This document shows, piece after piece, positions 62,201 to 64,000 of a DNA stretch of 64,000 bases. This DNA is from Lytechinus pictus (taxonomy: Eukaryota). The stretch covers positions 41,542,001-41,606,000 of the forward strand of contig NC_087245.1 in assembly GCF_037042905.1 (NCBI RefSeq), in the 5' to 3' direction. The position numbers and the translations under genes were made by a program. The notes below the pieces were generated by a model, which saw only the letters and a list, made by a program, of their open reading frames with translations, was not told the DNA's origin and did no database searches. How positions within the stretch are numbered: the stretch's first letter is position 1; each line of letters starts with the position of its first letter.

Positions 62201-63498
62201 AGAGCTCCCTACCAAAATGAAATTAAACAAAATGGTTGCGGTGGGGGCAATAGGCAAAAAACAAAAAACACCCAAAGTGAATGGAAATTTGAAGACTTGA
62301 AAAGTGGACAAGAAATGATGGAGCAAGATGAAGTTTGGAGACAAGAATTAATCAGCTAACCTCCAAGACCAGGAATGATAATACCAATGGGTGTGGCAGT
62401 ACCTCCACTGGTCTGACCGTCATCCCAGTGCAAGATGATCTCACCACCGTCGATTGTACTCAGTTTCTCACTGTTAAGGAACCATCGGATAATTGCAATT
62501 CTGGTGGGTGTTTCATTAAGCTGTTCATAAGTTGCGACTTACGAGTGAATTTACAAAGGACTGGAGACCCTATCTTGTGGTATATGGTACACCAGGGCCC
62601 AGGAACACCAAGGTTAGCGATTAATCGTTAAATGAAATGGCCTATCAAGATCATCGTTGCATGCGTATTTGCTCTGTAGACTGACTCAGAACCAATCAGA
62701 ACTGTCCTTTCAAATAAGCGATTAATCGCTAACCTTTGTGTTACGGGGCCCAGTTGTTTTATACATGTAGGTGTTGATTTAGTTCCTAAAGTAGTAAAGA
62801 GACACCAGCTTTTCACAATGTTGCTCGTAACTTACAAACAGTTCCTTTCTTACTACCTATGATATGATGACATTGATATAACAGAAAACTTGACTCTGAT
62901 TGTCTGTTGAGCCCCAATTCCATGGCAGATGCTCACAGTGGGCCTATTGGGCAGCCTACAATTACCTATCGCTATACCATTACCAGTACAATTAATGAAT
63001 ATTCAACATACAAAATGTTCTTTAAAGCCTGTATCAAGATTCTTGATAACAAGAAATCAGAGCTGCCAACTTGAACAAGAACATTTCTGTATTTTGAAAG
63101 CTGAAACAGAATTTTGATGAGGAAATCAGTATTGTCAAAGAAATATCATACAAACATCATATAAATCTGAAACTTTAGAAATCAGTATTTTGCCCGAAAC
63201 CATCAGTATTCTTCTCATTTTCAGTACTAGTTGGCAGCTCTGTTGAATGAAAAAGCAGCTTGCCATACATGCGTCAGCAAACGTTGGCTAAATCTTCCAA
63301 GGTTAACAGATCTTTTACAAGTACTTCATACCTCCTGTAATTGTGTTTCCCGACAAAAGGCTGGAACGCCACATGACCCACGGTCTGTAAGTGGGTCCCA
63401 AAGCCTAGAAATGTTGGCCAGTATGGCTTGGTTAGGGATGGGACACACCTCTGAAGAAGACGCTGGAACTTCGGGTTTCCACAGGCTAGTACAGGATT
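53093..63498 (-). CDS. ABHD3: Phospholipase ABHD3/ABHD1-like alpha/beta-hydrolase, gene span (5'-partial; 1074 nt with one alternative exon)
   Basis: Exons 63332-63498, [62361-62470 or 61773-61882], 60454-60560, 59766-59878, 56053-56229, 55409-55457, 54827-54992 and 53093-53277 splice in frame. Motifs: HLQT, DGGEI.LHW, PGLTG, VVFNQRG, TPRTFC, GASIGG (Ser), REFD..FGY..YY, LNAADD (Asp), GGHCGF (His). Assignment to ABHD3 rather than ABHD1 is not resolved. Confidence 0.9.
54827..54992 (-). CDS. ABHD3: ABHD3-like exon with catalytic Asp (SRSLREFD...LNAADDAFSPIH)
   Basis: atttag acceptor, gtaagt donor. Confidence 0.92.
55409..55457 (-). CDS. ABHD3: ABHD3-like 49-nt exon (KGILFKDHFDLPSVFK)
   Basis: ttacag acceptor, AAG|gtaggt donor; needed to restore phase between its neighbours. 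Confidence 0.82.
56053..56229 (-). CDS. ABHD3: ABHD3-like exon (IMLLNYLAEYG...LIRLVK)
   Basis: ttgcag acceptor, gtaagt donor. Confidence 0.9.
56341..56568. mobile_element. Palindromic MITE
   Basis: Inverted arms TATTCTCAAAAGAGGTTTCAAT..GTACCATGGTA. Confidence 0.65.
57299..57617 (+). mobile_element. tRNA-derived SINE (same subfamily as 33606)
   Basis: Shares GCTAATGTCCTTTGGCAAGG and GATTAGATTGGCATGTG with the 33.6-kb copy. Confidence 0.65.
57621..59416. mobile_element. Non-autonomous piggyBac-like element hosting HINE copy 3
   Basis: TTAA|CCCTTTAGCACCT ... AGGTGCTAGAGGG|TTAA: 13-bp TIR with 1 mismatch and a TTAA target duplication. Confidence 0.7.
57785..58877 (-). mobile_element. Helentron/HINE-like element (copy 3, reverse orientation)
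   Basis: Reverse complement of the copy 2 termini and repeat units. Confidence 0.78.
59423..59736 (+). mobile_element. tRNA-derived SINE (related copy at about 46905-47150)
   Basis: GGGTTCGAATC B-box, TTCAGCAAGAAATT.ATCCGCAT core, (TTA)n tail. Confidence 0.65.
59766..59878 (-). CDS. ABHD3: ABHD3-like exon with nucleophile elbow (TPRTFC...GASIGG)
   Basis: ctccag acceptor, gtgagc donor; G-x-S-x-G-G. Confidence 0.92.
60039..60167. mobile_element. Small MITE (related copies near 42540-42660 and 62595-62750)
   Basis: TIR GGTCCCGTAACACAAAG with CTG/CAG flanks. Confidence 0.7.
60454..60560 (-). CDS. ABHD3: ABHD3-like exon (GDSQSIYVKHM...VVFNQRGFGGAEIK)
   Basis: ttttag acceptor, gtcagt donor. Confidence 0.9.
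61773..61882 (-). CDS. ABHD3: ABHD3-like alternative exon B (EKLSTPDGGEIVLHWLEKQLADDATEPIVILIPGLT)
   Basis: 110 nt, tcccag acceptor, G|gtaaga donor; family-typical PGLTG. Confidence 0.88.
62361..62470 (-). CDS. ABHD3: ABHD3-like alternative exon A (EKLSTIDGGEIILHWDDGQTSGGTATPIGIIIPGLG)
   Basis: 110 nt, taacag acceptor, G|gttagc donor; same length and phases as exon B and 21/36 aa identical to it. Confidence 0.8.
63332..63498 (-). CDS. ABHD3: ABHD3-like exon (NPVLACG...YWPTF..GTHLQT...YR)
   Basis: ttgcag acceptor and AG|gtatga donor on the minus strand. Confidence 0.88.
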
Positions 63499-64000
63499 CT
63501 GCAAGAAATTCAAAGCAAAACTTTCTTAAAAAAAAAAAACAAAGAGAACTCCGCAACCATCCATTCAATTCATTCTTTCTGTCATACATATAAAACGTAT
63601 AGAAAATACAGTACAAGTATACTGCCGTACTTTGGCAAAAGGAAGCAAGTTACAAAAGTATCATTTGTTGTAAATGAGCAATGTGTGTTCGTCCTTTACA
63701 TATAGGCGTCAATGCAATTTAACAGCAGATTTTGTTAATATTAGAACGATTATTTCTTCCCCAAATTTTGCCAGAACGTGCAACATACAAAGTGTGTTTC
63801 AGAAACAACAATAACTCAAATTTGACTGATATGTCACTTGCTTCCTCTTGCCAATTGGGCAGTATACAGCAATCACATTAATCTACTTCACAAAATCTAC
63901 ATTTCTTGATCGAAAATGGTCTCTTTAATTGGTAACTTATGTAAATCTGAGCAAGTTTTGGAGCAAAAGAAACACCCTAAAACCATTCAATTCAATTCAT

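Overview
AT-rich, repeat-dense eukaryotic genomic DNA. The repeat landscape and gene style suggest an invertebrate deuterostome, probably a sea urchin (inference). Two spliced protein-coding genes could be rebuilt by hand with consistent GT-AG phases. The first is a complete 9-exon ZC2HC1A/FAM164A homologue on + (27213-42388, 393 aa). The second is a convergent ABHD3/ABHD1-like alpha/beta-hydrolase on - (63498-53093; first exon lies beyond the window). The probable 5' end of a third, unidentified minus-strand gene lies near 5.6-6.4 kb. The rest is MITEs (Kolobok-, EnSpm-, Harbinger-, hAT- and piggyBac-like ends), three Helentron/HINE-like tandem-repeat elements, tRNA-derived SINEs, LINE fragments and long microsatellites. 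Most notable: (1) two homologous 110-nt exons in the ABHD3-like gene must be mutually exclusive and swap the PGLxG loop; (2) a 181-bp tandem duplication creates a second acceptor for the last ZC2HC1A exon, which would remove the C-terminal zinc finger; (3) a Penelope-type minimal hammerhead ribozyme remnant; (4) mobile tandem repeats packed with nuclear-receptor half-sites.
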